NCBI GenBank assembly: GCA_965226585.1
Contig: OZ245366.1
Coordinates: forward strand, 1,376,001-1,440,000
Direction: 5' to 3'
Length of the DNA stretch: 64,000 bases
From: Thermodesulfobacteriota bacterium
Lineage (GTDB): Bacteria > Desulfobacterota_D > UBA1144 > Nemesobacterales > Mycalebacteriaceae
Below are positions 1 to 10,296 of this stretch, in pieces; the first letter of the stretch is position 1; each line of letters begins with the position of its first letter. The notes under the pieces are model-generated. The model did no database searches and was not told where the DNA came from. It was given only the letters and a program-made list of their open reading frames with translations. The position numbers and the translations under genes are program-made.

Positions 1-271
1 CGCGGGGAATAATTTTTCCGTAGGCAACAACACAAACCGCATCGGGCTTTATCCGCTTAAACTCTTCGTTGAGTTCACCCGGAGATTCAGGCTGAAAAAC
101 GGGAATTGATAAATCCAGAGCAAGTTTTTTGACGGCGGAAGGCGACACGCGCCCTCCCCGCCCCGCAGGTTTGTCCGGCATTGAAACGACTGCGGAAACT
201 TTGCGGTTTTCCGCAAGCAGACGCAGAGAGACCGCCGCGAATTCCGGTGTTCCCATAAATATGATGTTCAT
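1..271 (-). CDS. fmt: Methionyl-tRNA formyltransferase, N-terminal part (runs off window start)
   Basis: Manual translation from ATG at 271: MNIIFMGTPEFAAVSL...PDKPAGRG, the typical Fmt N-terminus; not in ORF track because truncated. Confidence 0.93.
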   Translation of the reverse strand, partial: MNIIFMGTPEFAAVSLRLLAENRKVSAVVSMPDKPAGRGGRVSPSAVKKLALDLSIPVFQPESPGELNEEFKRIKPDAVCVVAYGKIIPR

Positions 272-289
272 ACGGCTTTCAAACGGCTT

Positions 290-2062
290 CTAAACTTCAA
301 CCTTTCTGAGCCCCAGTTCCGCCATCTGTTCGGAATCTATCTCTGACGGCGCGCCCGTGAGCGGGCAGGCTCCCTTCTGCGTTTTTGGAAACGCCGTAAC
401 CTCTCTTATCGTATTGCGCCCCGCAACCATCATCACAATTCTGTCAAGCCCCAAAGCCACGCCGCCGTGCGGAGGCGCGCCGTATTCAAGCGCCCTGAGG
501 AAAAACCCGAACTGCTCATTCACCGCGCCCGAATCCATTCCTATCGCCTTCAAAACGGTCTCCTGAAGCTCCTTTCTATGTATCCTGATACTGCCGCCGC
601 CCAGTTCCACACCGTTCAAAACTATGTCGTAAGCGCGTGAAAATGCTTCCAATGGATTAGTCTCTATCTTCTCCCCGCTTCCGGGGGCGGGAGCCGTGAA
701 CGGATGGTGAACCGCCTTGAGCCGCCCTCCGGGTTCACGCTCAAACATGGGGAAATTCTCAACCCACACAAACTTGTATTGCCCGTCTTTTATAAGCCCA
801 AGCCGCCCGGCGGCGGAAATCCTGACGGCGGAAAGAACAGCGTTGACGGTCTCAGCGTCTCCCGCCCCGAAAAATATAAGCCCTTCGCCTTTGCCCGCAA
901 GCCCCGTCTTTTCAAGCAGACTTGACTTTTCGGTCTCAGAGAGAAACTTTGCCACCGGAGACTGCCACTGCCCGTCTGCGGTTATCCGTATCCACGCAAG
1001 CCCTCCCGCGCCCATTGCTATCGCCTCTTCGGTCATCTCGTCTATGTCTTTGCGGGCAATGGCGGAAGAGTTTTCCGCAACCGCAAACGCCTTCACAATT
1101 CCGCCCTTTTTGAGAGCGGAGGAGAAAACCTTAAATTCCGAGTTTTCAAACACGGCGGACACATCGCGCAGTTCAAGGGCGAATCTCATGTCGGGATGGT
1201 CGTTTCCGTAACGTTCCATCGCGTCTGTATAGTCAATCCTCTCAAACGGCGTGTCCGCCGTTATCCCGCCCGCAGAGAAGCACTCTTTTATAAGCCCCTC
1301 CACAACGCCCATAATTTCCGCCTCGTCTGCAAACGCCATCTCCATATCTATCTGCGAAAACTCCGGCTGTCTGTCGGCGCGAAGGTCTTCATCTCTGAAA
1401 CAGCGCGCCACCTGATAATAGCGGTTGAAGCCCGAAGCCATCAGTATCTGTTTTAGTATCTGGGGAGACTGCGGAAGGGCGTAGAACTGCCCCCCGGTTT
1501 GGCGGCAGGGAACAACAAAATCTCTCGCGCCTTCGGGAGTGGCTTTTGTCAGCAGAGGGGTTTCAATCTCAGCAAAACCGGATTTTTCAAGATAAGACCG
1601 CGCGGCGGAAACCACCTTGTGGCGCAAAACAATGGCGTCTTTCATCACGGGGCGGCGAAGGTCGAGAAACCTGTATTTCATCCTCACGGGCTCATCGGCG
1701 CGCGCCTCATTGTCAACCGGAAAAGGCAGTTCGGGGCAGGTATTGAACACTTCCGCGTCTGAGGCAACTATCTCTATCTCCCCGGTCGGCATGGATTCGT
1801 TCACCATCGCGGATTCCCTCGCCACAACCTTGCCCTTTACCGCTATCACCCATTCGCTTCTGAAACTGTCGGCAAGAGAGTGAGGTCCCCCTCTTGACGG
1901 GTCAAAAACCGCCTGCACAATGCCGCCGTGGTCGCGTATGTCTATGAATATCACCCCGCCGTGGTCGCGGCTTGACTGAACCCAGCCCATAACCGTAACC
2001 TCGCGCCCCTCATCGGAAGCGCGCAAATCGCCGCAAACATCTGTTCTTTTCCACTCTTTCAT
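290..2062 (-). CDS. aspS: Aspartyl-tRNA synthetase
   Basis: RDHGGVIFID, KATPEGARDF, YALPQSPQ, CFRDEDLRADRQPEF, PPHGGVALGLDR motifs. Confidence 0.97.
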   Translation of the reverse strand: MKEWKRTDVCGDLRASDEGREVTVMGWVQSSRDHGGVIFIDIRDHGGIVQAVFDPSRGGPHSLADSFRSEWVIAVKGKVVARESAMVNESMPTGEIEIVASDAEVFNTCPELPFPVDNEARADEPVRMKYRFLDLRRPVMKDAIVLRHKVVSAARSYLEKSGFAEIETPLLTKATPEGARDFVVPCRQTGGQFYALPQSPQILKQILMASGFNRYYQVARCFRDEDLRADRQPEFSQIDMEMAFADEAEIMGVVEGLIKECFSAGGITADTPFERIDYTDAMERYGNDHPDMRFALELRDVSAVFENSEFKVFSSALKKGGIVKAFAVAENSSAIARKDIDEMTEEAIAMGAGGLAWIRITADGQWQSPVAKFLSETEKSSLLEKTGLAGKGEGLIFFGAGDAETVNAVLSAVRISAAGRLGLIKDGQYKFVWVENFPMFEREPGGRLKAVHHPFTAPAPGSGEKIETNPLEAFSRAYDIVLNGVELGGGSIRIHRKELQETVLKAIGMDSGAVNEQFGFFLRALEYGAPPHGGVALGLDRIVMMVAGRNTIREVTAFPKTQKGACPLTGAPSEIDSEQMAELGLRKVEV

Positions 2063-2074
2063 TGGATAACCGCC

Positions 2075-2740
2075 TTACGGATTTTTCTTTTTCTCTCCGG
2101 AGCCCGGAACACCGAACCTTCTTTCAAGTTCCCTGTCTATGTCGGACGGCGAAAGCCCCTGCTCCGCCAGCAGAACAAGGCAGTGAAACCAAAGGTCTGC
2201 CGTCTCAGACACAAGTTCCTCAGGGTCTGAATTTTTTGCCGCGATAACGGTTTCGCCCGCTTCTTCGGCTATTTTTCTCGCTATCCTGTCCGTTCCGCCC
2301 TCAAAAAGAGCGTTTGTGTACGAGCCCTCTTTCGGGTTCCGTTTTCTGTCTTCAACCGTGCGGAAAACCTTGCCGAGTGTCGCCATCGCGCCTTTTTCAA
2401 AAGCCGGAGCCAAACTTCTTTTGCCGTTACCGGCGGTGTAAAAACAGGTTTCCTCTCCCGTGTGGCACGAGGGTCCGGTCGGTTCCACAAGCACCAGAAC
2501 ACAGTCGCGGTCGCAGTCAAACAGTATCTCTTTCACTTTTTGAAAATTGCCGGACTCTTCGCCCTTGTTCCACAGTTTTTTGCGCGAGCGGCTCCAGAAA
2601 TGTGTTGTTCCGGTCTCGCGGGTTTTTTTAAGCGCGTCTTCATTTGCCCACGCCATCATAAGCACCCTTCCGTTTTCGCAGTCTTGCACTATCACGGGAA
2701 CAAGCCCGTCATTTCCGAACTTTATTGTTTTTGTGTCCAT
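2075..2740 (-). CDS. hisIE: Bifunctional phosphoribosyl-AMP cyclohydrolase / phosphoribosyl-ATP diphosphatase
   Basis: [30 protein letters not shown] (HisI) and [16 protein letters not shown] (HisE); start moved to ATG at 2740. Confidence 0.95.
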   Translation of the reverse strand: MDTKTIKFGNDGLVPVIVQDCENGRVLMMAWANEDALKKTRETGTTHFWSRSRKKLWNKGEESGNFQKVKEILFDCDRDCVLVLVEPTGPSCHTGEETCFYTAGNGKRSLAPAFEKGAMATLGKVFRTVEDRKRNPKEGSYTNALFEGGTDRIARKIAEEAGETVIAAKNSDPEELVSETADLWFHCLVLLAEQGLSPSDIDRELERRFGVPGSGEKKKNP

Positions 2741-2820
2741 TGCCGTCTTTCCAATCAACGCGATTGTGCTATATTACACGCACAAGCGGCTTATCAACAG
2801 TCGCGCCCGGAGGGGAAAAA

Positions 2821-3123
2821 ATGGCAAGAGTTACAATAGAAGACTGCATGGAGGTTGTGGGCAACAGGTTCGCGCTTTCCGTGGTGGCGATGAAAAGAGC
2901 CAAACAGATTGTTATGAAAAAAGCGGGAATTCTTGAAAAAGAGAAAAAACTCGCGGAAGTGGATACCGATGTCGCGGCAACCGATGAGATTCCGGCGGCT
3001 GAGGTTGTTGAGAGAAACATAGACAAAAGTTCCGCCATTCAGGAAGAGCACAAACCCGTGCTGAGCGCTCTCAAGGAGATAGCGGAGAAAAACCTGAATT
3101 TTCACCGCCCGGACGGAAAATAG
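2821..3123 (+). CDS. rpoZ: RNA polymerase omega subunit
   Basis: MARVTIEDC...NRFAL...KRAKQI...KPVLSALKEI; GGAGG Shine-Dalgarno upstream of ATG 2821. Confidence 0.9.
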   Translation: MARVTIEDCMEVVGNRFALSVVAMKRAKQIVMKKAGILEKEKKLAEVDTDVAATDEIPAAEVVERNIDKSSAIQEEHKPVLSALKEIAEKNLNFHRPDGK

Positions 3124-3148
3124 AGACTGATCCGCGCGCGCGCCGCCA

Positions 3149-5104
3149 ATGAGCTCCGCCCTTAAAATAGGAGTTGATGTCGGTGGCACTTTCACCGACA
3201 TTGTTCTGTTTGACCGCAATGCGGTAAAAATCCATAAAATCCCGTCCACGCCCTCAGACCCTTCGGTTGCCGTTACCGAAGGCGTGATGTTCTTCACCGG
3301 AGGCAGTCCGCGGGGGGCGGAAGTTATTCACGGCACAACGGTCGCCACAAACACCCTTCTTGAAAGAAAAGGCGCGAAAACCGCCCTTGTAACAACACGC
3401 GGTTTTGAAGACGCAATAGAGATAGGCAGACAAAACCGGGAAAAACTTTACGACCTTTTCTGGGAAAAAAGCCCCGGTCTTGTGCCTTCCCGCCTGCGTG
3501 TGGGGGTTGCGGAAAGAATGGATTTCGGCGGCGCGGTTATTGAGAAACTTTCAAAAAAAGAAGCCGCGAGAATTGCCGGGAAGATAAAAAAACTTGGCGC
3601 GGAATCGGTTGCGGTCTGTTTTCTTCACTCCTACGCGAACCCGTCTCATGAGCAAGCCGCCGGAAAGGAACTTGAAAAACTGGGCATTCCCGTCTCCCTT
3701 TCGTCTGTTGTGTCTCCCGAATTCAGGGAGTTTGAGCGGGCTTCCACAACCTCGGCAAACGCCTACCTTATTCCGAAAGTTTCAAACTACATAAAATCGC
3801 TTTCGTCATCCCTTGCGGGGGCAAAGGTGTCTATCGTGCAATCAAGCGGGGGCGTAACATCTCCCGAAAAAGTTGCGGCTGAACCCGTAAGAATAGCCAC
3901 TTCGGGACCCGCCGCCGGTGTTGCCGGGGCTTTCAAGATAGCAAAACAGATGGGCGAAAAAAAGATTATCACCCTCGACATGGGCGGCACTTCAACAGAC
4001 GTCTCAATATGTGACGGCGCGCCGGCGTTTTCATCGGGAGGCAATGTGGGGGGAATTCCGCTCAGAACCCCTTGCATAGACATCTCCACCGTGGGGGCGG
4101 GCGGCGGCTCCATAGCGCGGATGGATTCGGGCGGAATTTTGAAAACCGGACCCCAAAGCGCGGGCGCGGAGCCCGGACCCGCCTGCTACGGAAAGGGGAA
4201 ACTGCCAACCGTAACAGACGCGAATGTTGTTCTCGGAAGGATTGAGCCGTCCCGTTTTCTTGGCGGAAGAAAAAAGATATTCCCCGAAAAAGCGGTTGCC
4301 GCGATTGAAACGCTCAAAGGCGGAAAAAAAACAGACGCGCGCGAAAAGGCGGATGCGGTTGTGAGGGTGGTCAACTCGTCTATGGAGAGGCTGATAAGGG
4401 TGATGGCGGCGGAAAGGGGCGTTGACCCCAGAGAGTTTGCGCTGTTCGGATTCGGAGGCGCGGCGGGGCTTCACTGTTGCGACCTCGCCCTTGAAACCGG
4501 AATGGAAAAGGTGATATTCCCCGCCTGCCCCGCCGCCCTCTCCGCTCTCGGAATGTTGCTGTCAGACATTTACCGCGATTATGTAAAAAGCTGTTTCGCC
4601 CGCCTTCCGGGGCAAACGCGCCTGATAAAAAAAACGCTCGCAGAACTTGAAAAAACCGCCCGCAAAGAGCACGGCGGCGGAAAGGGAGAGGCGGAGGTTT
4701 TTGTTGACGCGAGATACGGGGGGCAGTCGCACGAGATAACCGTTCCGTTTTCAAGCGGAGCGGCGGATGATTTTCACCGCCTTCACAACAAAATGTTCGG
4801 CTACGCGATGAAAGACAGACCCGTTGAAACAACCGCCGCCCGCGTCCGCTTTCACGGCGAAAAAAGCCGGATACAACTTCCCGAAATCGCAAAGGGCGGA
4901 AAGAAACCGTCTGCCGGAAAAAAAGATATATGGACACTCGGCGGGTGGCGGAAATTCAAAGTGTACGAGCGCGGAGAGATAGGCGGCGGCTTCAGGTTTG
5001 ACGGTCCCGCCCTTGTGCTTGAAGACAGCACCGTTTTGATGATAACGCCTGAATTTGCCTGCGAAACGGACAGGCGCGGAAACATAACCGGGAGAAGAAA
5101 ATGA
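3149..5104 (+). CDS. Hydantoinase A / 5-oxoprolinase family ATP-dependent subunit
   Basis: GVDVGGTFTD, HGTTVATN, SGPAAG, DMGGTSTDV, GAGGGS, SAGAEPGPACYG motifs. Confidence 0.92.
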   Translation: MSSALKIGVDVGGTFTDIVLFDRNAVKIHKIPSTPSDPSVAVTEGVMFFTGGSPRGAEVIHGTTVATNTLLERKGAKTALVTTRGFEDAIEIGRQNREKLYDLFWEKSPGLVPSRLRVGVAERMDFGGAVIEKLSKKEAARIAGKIKKLGAESVAVCFLHSYANPSHEQAAGKELEKLGIPVSLSSVVSPEFREFERASTTSANAYLIPKVSNYIKSLSSSLAGAKVSIVQSSGGVTSPEKVAAEPVRIATSGPAAGVAGAFKIAKQMGEKKIITLDMGGTSTDVSICDGAPAFSSGGNVGGIPLRTPCIDISTVGAGGGSIARMDSGGILKTGPQSAGAEPGPACYGKGKLPTVTDANVVLGRIEPSRFLGGRKKIFPEKAVAAIETLKGGKKTDAREKADAVVRVVNSSMERLIRVMAAERGVDPREFALFGFGGAAGLHCCDLALETGMEKVIFPACPAALSALGMLLSDIYRDYVKSCFARLPGQTRLIKKTLAELEKTARKEHGGGKGEAEVFVDARYGGQSHEITVPFSSGAADDFHRLHNKMFGYAMKDRPVETTAARVRFHGEKSRIQLPEIAKGGKKPSAGKKDIWTLGGWRKFKVYERGEIGGGFRFDGPALVLEDSTVLMITPEFACETDRRGNITGRRK

Positions 5105-5697
5105 CCGGCGGACAAATGGACTCTCTGTTTATAGACGCGCTGGAAAAAAACATATCCGCCCAAACCCCGCGCGCGATTGAAATACCTGCGGACACGCTTC
5201 AGGCGGCGGTGATGGCAATCCTCAAAAACGGACGGGGCGGTGTGGAACTGTGCTTCATAAAACGCTCCGTTCACCCGCTTGACAGATTTTCGGGACACAT
5301 GGCTTTTCCCGGCGGAACAAGGGAAACAAACGACCGCGACATACTCGCCACCGCCGTCAGGGAAACACGCGAGGAGATAGGGCTGGACATAGAAAAAAAC
5401 GCGAGAATCGCGGGCAGGCTTGATGACGAGATGCCCCGCCCGGCTCCGGCGGACAAAACGGGAAGGTCTTACGTTGTAACGCCTTTTGTGTGCGCCCTTA
5501 CCGCAAGCGGGGCGGAAAAAGCGGCAACGCACGACAGGGGCGAAGTTGAGCGGGTGTTCTGGATGCCGGTGGATGAACTCAAGAAAACGGACGGCGGGTC
5601 TTCGTCACCTTCGTCACCTGAATTTTTCTGCAGAGAGCAGAGGATATGGGGAATGACGGCGAGAATAGTGGACAACCTTCTTAAATTTCTGCCGTGA
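5101..5697 (+). CDS. Nudix hydrolase, CoA pyrophosphatase type
   Basis: SGHMAFPGG followed by Nudix box TAVRETREEIG; IWGMTA C-terminal motif. Confidence 0.88.
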   Translation: MTGGQMDSLFIDALEKNISAQTPRAIEIPADTLQAAVMAILKNGRGGVELCFIKRSVHPLDRFSGHMAFPGGTRETNDRDILATAVRETREEIGLDIEKNARIAGRLDDEMPRPAPADKTGRSYVVTPFVCALTASGAEKAATHDRGEVERVFWMPVDELKKTDGGSSSPSSPEFFCREQRIWGMTARIVDNLLKFLP

Positions 5698-5779
5698 AAA
5701 CCGCTCGCAAGTATTGGAACTGTCCGCCCGTGCGTATACAATCAAATGACATCAAAAAAAACCGCGTTTTGGAGGAACT

Positions 5780-6217
5780 ATGAGAGGCGTCAACAAAGTA
5801 ACAATAATAGGAAACGTTGGAAGCGACCCTGAGATGAAGCACACCGCTTCGGGACAGGCGGTCGCCAATTTTTCAGTTGCCACAAACGAATCGTGGACAA
5901 ACAAAGAGGGAGAAAAGCAGGAGAGAACCGAATGGCACAGAATTGTCGCCTGGGGCCGTCTTGCGGAGATATGCGGACAGTATCTGTCAAAAGGAACTCC
6001 CGTCTACCTTGAAGGCTCAATACGCACAAGGTCATGGGAAGACAGAGACGGAAACACAAAATACACAACCGAGGTTCACGCAAAAGATATGCAGTTTCTC
6101 GGTTCCGCGCGTGATTCGGGCGGCGGCGCGGGCGGAGGGGCTGAAAAGTCTTCAGGCGAAAACAGCCCTCCCCTTGATATTCCCGAAAACAACATGGATG
6201 ACGACATCCCGTTTTAG
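5780..6217 (+). CDS. ssb: Single-stranded DNA-binding protein
   Basis: [24 protein letters not shown], acidic DDDIPF tail. Confidence 0.97.
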   Translation: MRGVNKVTIIGNVGSDPEMKHTASGQAVANFSVATNESWTNKEGEKQERTEWHRIVAWGRLAEICGQYLSKGTPVYLEGSIRTRSWEDRDGNTKYTTEVHAKDMQFLGSARDSGGGAGGGAEKSSGENSPPLDIPENNMDDDIPF

Positions 6218-6251
6218 CGCGGGTGTTGTTGTTCCTGCCGGACTTTAGAAT

Positions 6252-7637
6252 TTGTCTTTATATGCCGTAATTCTGTGCGCGGGAAAGGGCTCCAGAATGG
6301 GAACGGAGCGTCAGAAGACGCTGTTTCCGGTTCTGGGAACACCTATGGCGGCGCACGTTGCGGCGGCTGTTGCCAAAACAAAACCTTCACTCACAGTCGC
6401 GGTTGTCGGGTTTGACTCGGAACAAACCGCCGGAGAACTTTCGCGCTTCGGGGGACAGATGGAGTTTGCCGTTCAGAAAGAGCTTTCGGGAACGGGAAGC
6501 GCGCTTCGGGCGGCGTTTGAAAAAATCCCGTCATCACGGGGCGACCTGCTCGCGGTGAACGGCGATATGCCCGCCGTTACCGGCTCTCTGATAAAAAAAC
6601 TTGTCTCAACCCACAAAAAAACCGGCGCGGCTCTCTCGTTTGTAACGGCGGTTGTGGAAAACGCGGGCGGATACGGGCGAGTGGAGAGAGGAAGCGGCGG
6701 AGAGGTTGAGAGGATAGTTGAACATTCTGACGCGAACGCGGAGCAGAAAAAAATCCGCGAAGTGAACGCCGGAATATACTGCTTCAAAATCCCCTTTGTA
6801 AAAAAAGCCCTCGCGGAATTGGGAAGAAAAAACTCTGCGGGCGAACACTACATAACAGACCTTGTTGAAGCCGCCCTGAGAGAAGGCAAAAAAGTTTCAA
6901 CCGTCAGGGCGGCGGATTCCTGCGAGGTGGCGGGAGTGAACACGCCTGAGGAACTGGCGCAGGCGGCAAAGATTATGAGGGAGAGAACAAACGCCCGTCT
7001 TATGCGCGGCGGCGTGGTGATTCTCGACCCCGCGACCTGCCACATCTGCCCTGAAACAAAGATAGGAAAGGGAACCGTGGTACATCCGTGCTGTTTTATA
7101 AACCGCAGTGTTATCGGGGCAAACTGCGTAATAGAGCCGTGCTCGCAGATAAAAAACAGCCGCCTTTCGGCGGATTGCCGTGTGGAGTTTTCATCCGTGC
7201 TTGACGGATGTTTTATGAGCCGGGGGGCACAGGCGGGCCCGTTCACAAGGATACGCCCCGAAACGGTTTTGAAGGAGAAAGCGAAAGCGGGTTCATTTGT
7301 TGAGATAAAAAAATCATCAATCGGACGCGGGTCAAAAGTGCCTCATCTTTCGTATGTTGGAGACACCCTTATAGGGGCGGAGGTCAACATAGGGGCGGGA
7401 ACAATCACCTGCAATTATGACGGGGAGAAGAAGCACCGGACGGAGATAGCGGACGGGGTTTTCATCGGAAGCGACACCATGCTTGTTGCTCCCGTGAAGG
7501 TTGGAAAAAGCGCGGCAACGGCGGCGGGTTCGGTGATAACAAAGGATGTGCCGCCCGGCGCTCTCGCCATTGGAAGAAGCAAGCAGAAAAATGCCGGACG
7601 CTGGAAAGGCGGCGGGAAAAAGAGGGGGAAAACCTGA
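6252..7637 (+). CDS. glmU: Bifunctional UDP-GlcNAc pyrophosphorylase / glucosamine-1-P acetyltransferase
   Basis: ILCAGKGSRM, EVNAGIYCF, HLSYVGD, GAGTITCNYDG, hexapeptide repeats; TTG start. Confidence 0.95.
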   Translation: MSLYAVILCAGKGSRMGTERQKTLFPVLGTPMAAHVAAAVAKTKPSLTVAVVGFDSEQTAGELSRFGGQMEFAVQKELSGTGSALRAAFEKIPSSRGDLLAVNGDMPAVTGSLIKKLVSTHKKTGAALSFVTAVVENAGGYGRVERGSGGEVERIVEHSDANAEQKKIREVNAGIYCFKIPFVKKALAELGRKNSAGEHYITDLVEAALREGKKVSTVRAADSCEVAGVNTPEELAQAAKIMRERTNARLMRGGVVILDPATCHICPETKIGKGTVVHPCCFINRSVIGANCVIEPCSQIKNSRLSADCRVEFSSVLDGCFMSRGAQAGPFTRIRPETVLKEKAKAGSFVEIKKSSIGRGSKVPHLSYVGDTLIGAEVNIGAGTITCNYDGEKKHRTEIADGVFIGSDTMLVAPVKVGKSAATAAGSVITKDVPPGALAIGRSKQKNAGRWKGGGKKRGKT

Positions 7638-9472
7638 TGTGCGGAATAGTGGGCTATGTGGGTTTTGCGGACAAGACCTGCGGCGTTGTGTGCGGCGGTC
7701 TGGAGAAACTTGACAGCCGGGGCTACGACTCTGCGGGAATATGTCTAATGAGCGAAAAAGGCGCGTCTGTTTTCAGAAGTCCGGGAAAGCTGGAGCGGCT
7801 CGCGGAAAAAATCGGCTCCGTTCCCCCTTCGGGCACAGTTGGGATAGGGCACACACGCTGGGCAACACAGGGAGACCCGGAGAGTTGTTCAAACGCGCAT
7901 CCGCAAACGGCGGGAGCGGTAAGTGTTGTTCACAACGGGGTTGTTGAGAACTGGAGGGAACTGCGCGCCGAGATTGAAGCGGAGGGAAGGGAGTTTCTTT
8001 CGGGCACCGATACTGAGGTTATCTCCCATCTGGTTGACCGTTTTCATTCCGGGGGAGACAGTTTGCTTGACGCGGTGAGAAAAAGTTTTGAGAAAATAAA
8101 CGGCTGTTCGGCGGTTGCGGTGGTTTCAGAAAAAGAGCCGGACACAATAGTTGTTGCCAAGCGGTTTTCTCCCATAGTGCTTGCGGACACGGGCGATGAG
8201 AAGTTTATCGCGTCTGATGTTCCCGCTCTTGCCGAGTGGTGCAAAGAGGTAACGTTGATGAGAGACGGTGATTTCGCGGTGGTAAAGCCTGAGGGAATCA
8301 CAATAACGGATTCAGAGGGAAACGTTGTGGAGCGTCCGGCGAGGGCGATAGACAAGAGCGGTTATTTTGATTCAGACAAGGGCGGATTTTCGCATTACAT
8401 GATAAAGGAAATATATGACCAGCCGCACGCGGTTGCGGACGCGCTGAGGGGCAGGATAGACGGCGGCGGCGCGGCGGACGCGCTTGGTGGGCTGGACAAG
8501 GATTTTGCCCGTGAGGTGGAGAGGGTTGTGTTTGTGGGTTGCGGCACTTCGCATCATGCGGGGATAGCGGGGCGGTATTTGGTTGAGTCCATGGGCGGGA
8601 TTTTCGCGGACGCGGAGATTGCTTCAGAGTTTTGCTACCGCGAGACGGTTTTCGGGCGTGAGACGCTTGTGGTTGCCGTGTCTCAATCGGGTGAAACGGC
8701 AGACACTTCCCACGCGCTTGCGAAGGCGAAACGGCTTGGGGCGAGAACGGTTGTGGTAACGAACAATCCGTTTGGCAAGATGGTTGACGAGGCGGACGGC
8801 GTTATTCTCACCAGAGCCGGAAGGGAGTTTTCTGTGGCGTCAACAAAAACCTTCACATCTCAGGTGGCGGTTTTCTGCGCCCTCGCGCTGTTTTTCGGAA
8901 GGTCTCGCGGGGGGCTTGGAAGTGAGGCGTTAAAACTGGAAAAGGATTTGCGCGGAGTTGCGGAGTTTCAGGCAAAGTGTCTTGCCCTTGATGATGAGAT
9001 AGCGGAGATAGCGGCGGAGTTTGCGGGGTATTCGCATATGCTGTATTTGGGCAGGGGGCTTGGGTATCCGGTCGCCCTTGAGGGCGCGTTAAAGTTGAAA
9101 GAGGTTTCATACATACACGCAGAAGGCGCGGCGGCGGGCGAGATGAAGCACGGACCCATAGCGATGATTGACGAAAAAGTTCCGGTGGTGTTCATTTTCC
9201 CGTCCCGCGATGAGCCGTCTTTTGAGAAGACGCTTTCAAACATGGCGGAAGTAAAAGCGCGGCGCGGAAGAGTGCTTGCGGTAACATCAAGCGAAGATGT
9301 GCCTCATCTTGACGAAAACGACAGGATAATACGAGTTCCCGAATGCGGATTGATAACAAACCCGCTTGTTTCCGTGATAGCCCTCCAGTTGTTCGCCTAC
9401 CACACAGCCCGCGCTCTTGGAAAAGATGTTGACCAGCCAAGAAATTTGGCGAAAGTTGTAACGGTGGAGTAG
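7637..9472 (+). CDS. glmS: Glutamine--fructose-6-phosphate aminotransferase
   Basis: MCGIVG N-terminus, RGYDSAG, GHTRWAT, SQSGETAD, C-terminal DQPRNLAKVVTVE. Confidence 0.97.
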   Translation: MCGIVGYVGFADKTCGVVCGGLEKLDSRGYDSAGICLMSEKGASVFRSPGKLERLAEKIGSVPPSGTVGIGHTRWATQGDPESCSNAHPQTAGAVSVVHNGVVENWRELRAEIEAEGREFLSGTDTEVISHLVDRFHSGGDSLLDAVRKSFEKINGCSAVAVVSEKEPDTIVVAKRFSPIVLADTGDEKFIASDVPALAEWCKEVTLMRDGDFAVVKPEGITITDSEGNVVERPARAIDKSGYFDSDKGGFSHYMIKEIYDQPHAVADALRGRIDGGGAADALGGLDKDFAREVERVVFVGCGTSHHAGIAGRYLVESMGGIFADAEIASEFCYRETVFGRETLVVAVSQSGETADTSHALAKAKRLGARTVVVTNNPFGKMVDEADGVILTRAGREFSVASTKTFTSQVAVFCALALFFGRSRGGLGSEALKLEKDLRGVAEFQAKCLALDDEIAEIAAEFAGYSHMLYLGRGLGYPVALEGALKLKEVSYIHAEGAAAGEMKHGPIAMIDEKVPVVFIFPSRDEPSFEKTLSNMAEVKARRGRVLAVTSSEDVPHLDENDRIIRVPECGLITNPLVSVIALQLFAYHTARALGKDVDQPRNLAKVVTVE

Positions 9473-9503
9473 GTTAATTGACGAAATTATTGGAGGTAGC
9501 GAG

Positions 9504-10228
9504 ATGAGCGAAAGTTGGCAGTGTCCATATTGTTTGAACTATGCAACACTTACAGAGTCTGAAGGAGGACGCTCGGATAAGCGTTTAGAAGATTTTTTGC
9601 TGGCACGTGGAGAACATATGCTTTCTGTGGTGTCTGTACTATGCCCAAATCCAAATTGTACACAATTGACGCTCTCCGCCGAATTGAAGGACAAGTTATA
9701 CGTAGAAAATACTCGTTTGTGGGCAACAATCCAAAAATGGCAACTCCTGCCAGAATCAAATGCCAAGCCTTTTCCCGATTATATCCCAGAGCCCATCCGC
9801 AAAGATTATGCTGAGGCTTGTCGTATTAAGGACTTAAGCCCCAATGCCGCCGCGACTTTGGCACGTCGTTGTTTGCAAGGCATGGTGCGCAATTTTCATA
9901 AGGTCGAAAAATCGTCTCTCCAACAAGAATTTGAAGAGATTAAGAAAAAGGTAACACCACAAGTTTGGCACGCTATTGAGGGAGTGCGCAAAATTGGGGC
10001 GATAGGCGCCCATATGGAAGAAAACGTAAATGTCATGGTGGATGTAGAACCGGAAGAAAAGCAAGTAAACTCATCTGGCTCATCGAATTTTTGTTAGAAA
10101 AATGGTATGTGGATGAGCACGAAACCGAAAAACAACTGGAGCAAATAGGCGGAGTTACTGAGAAAAAAGAACAACAACAAGTAGCCGCGAAAACTGCCAC
10201 GCAGAATAACGGGAACAGCGATGAGTGA
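9504..10228 (+). pseudogene. DUF4145-family (HEPN-like) protein with N-terminal Cys pairs, frameshifted near 10056-10061
   Basis: CPYC...CPNPNC, PDYIPEPIRKDYAEA, AAATLARRCLQGMVR, RKIGAIGAH; family-like tail ASKLIWLIEFLLEKWYV continues in another frame from 10061 to TGA 10228. Confidence 0.72.
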
Positions 10229-10296
10229 ATCTCACCTTAAAGAAATAAACATACTCACCCGCATAAGAGTCAGGTTGGAAAAATTTATGGTATGCC

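Noticed and set aside
9473..9503. Tn7 transposon end at attTn7
   Set aside because: No TGT terminus, TnsB-binding repeats or tns genes are visible
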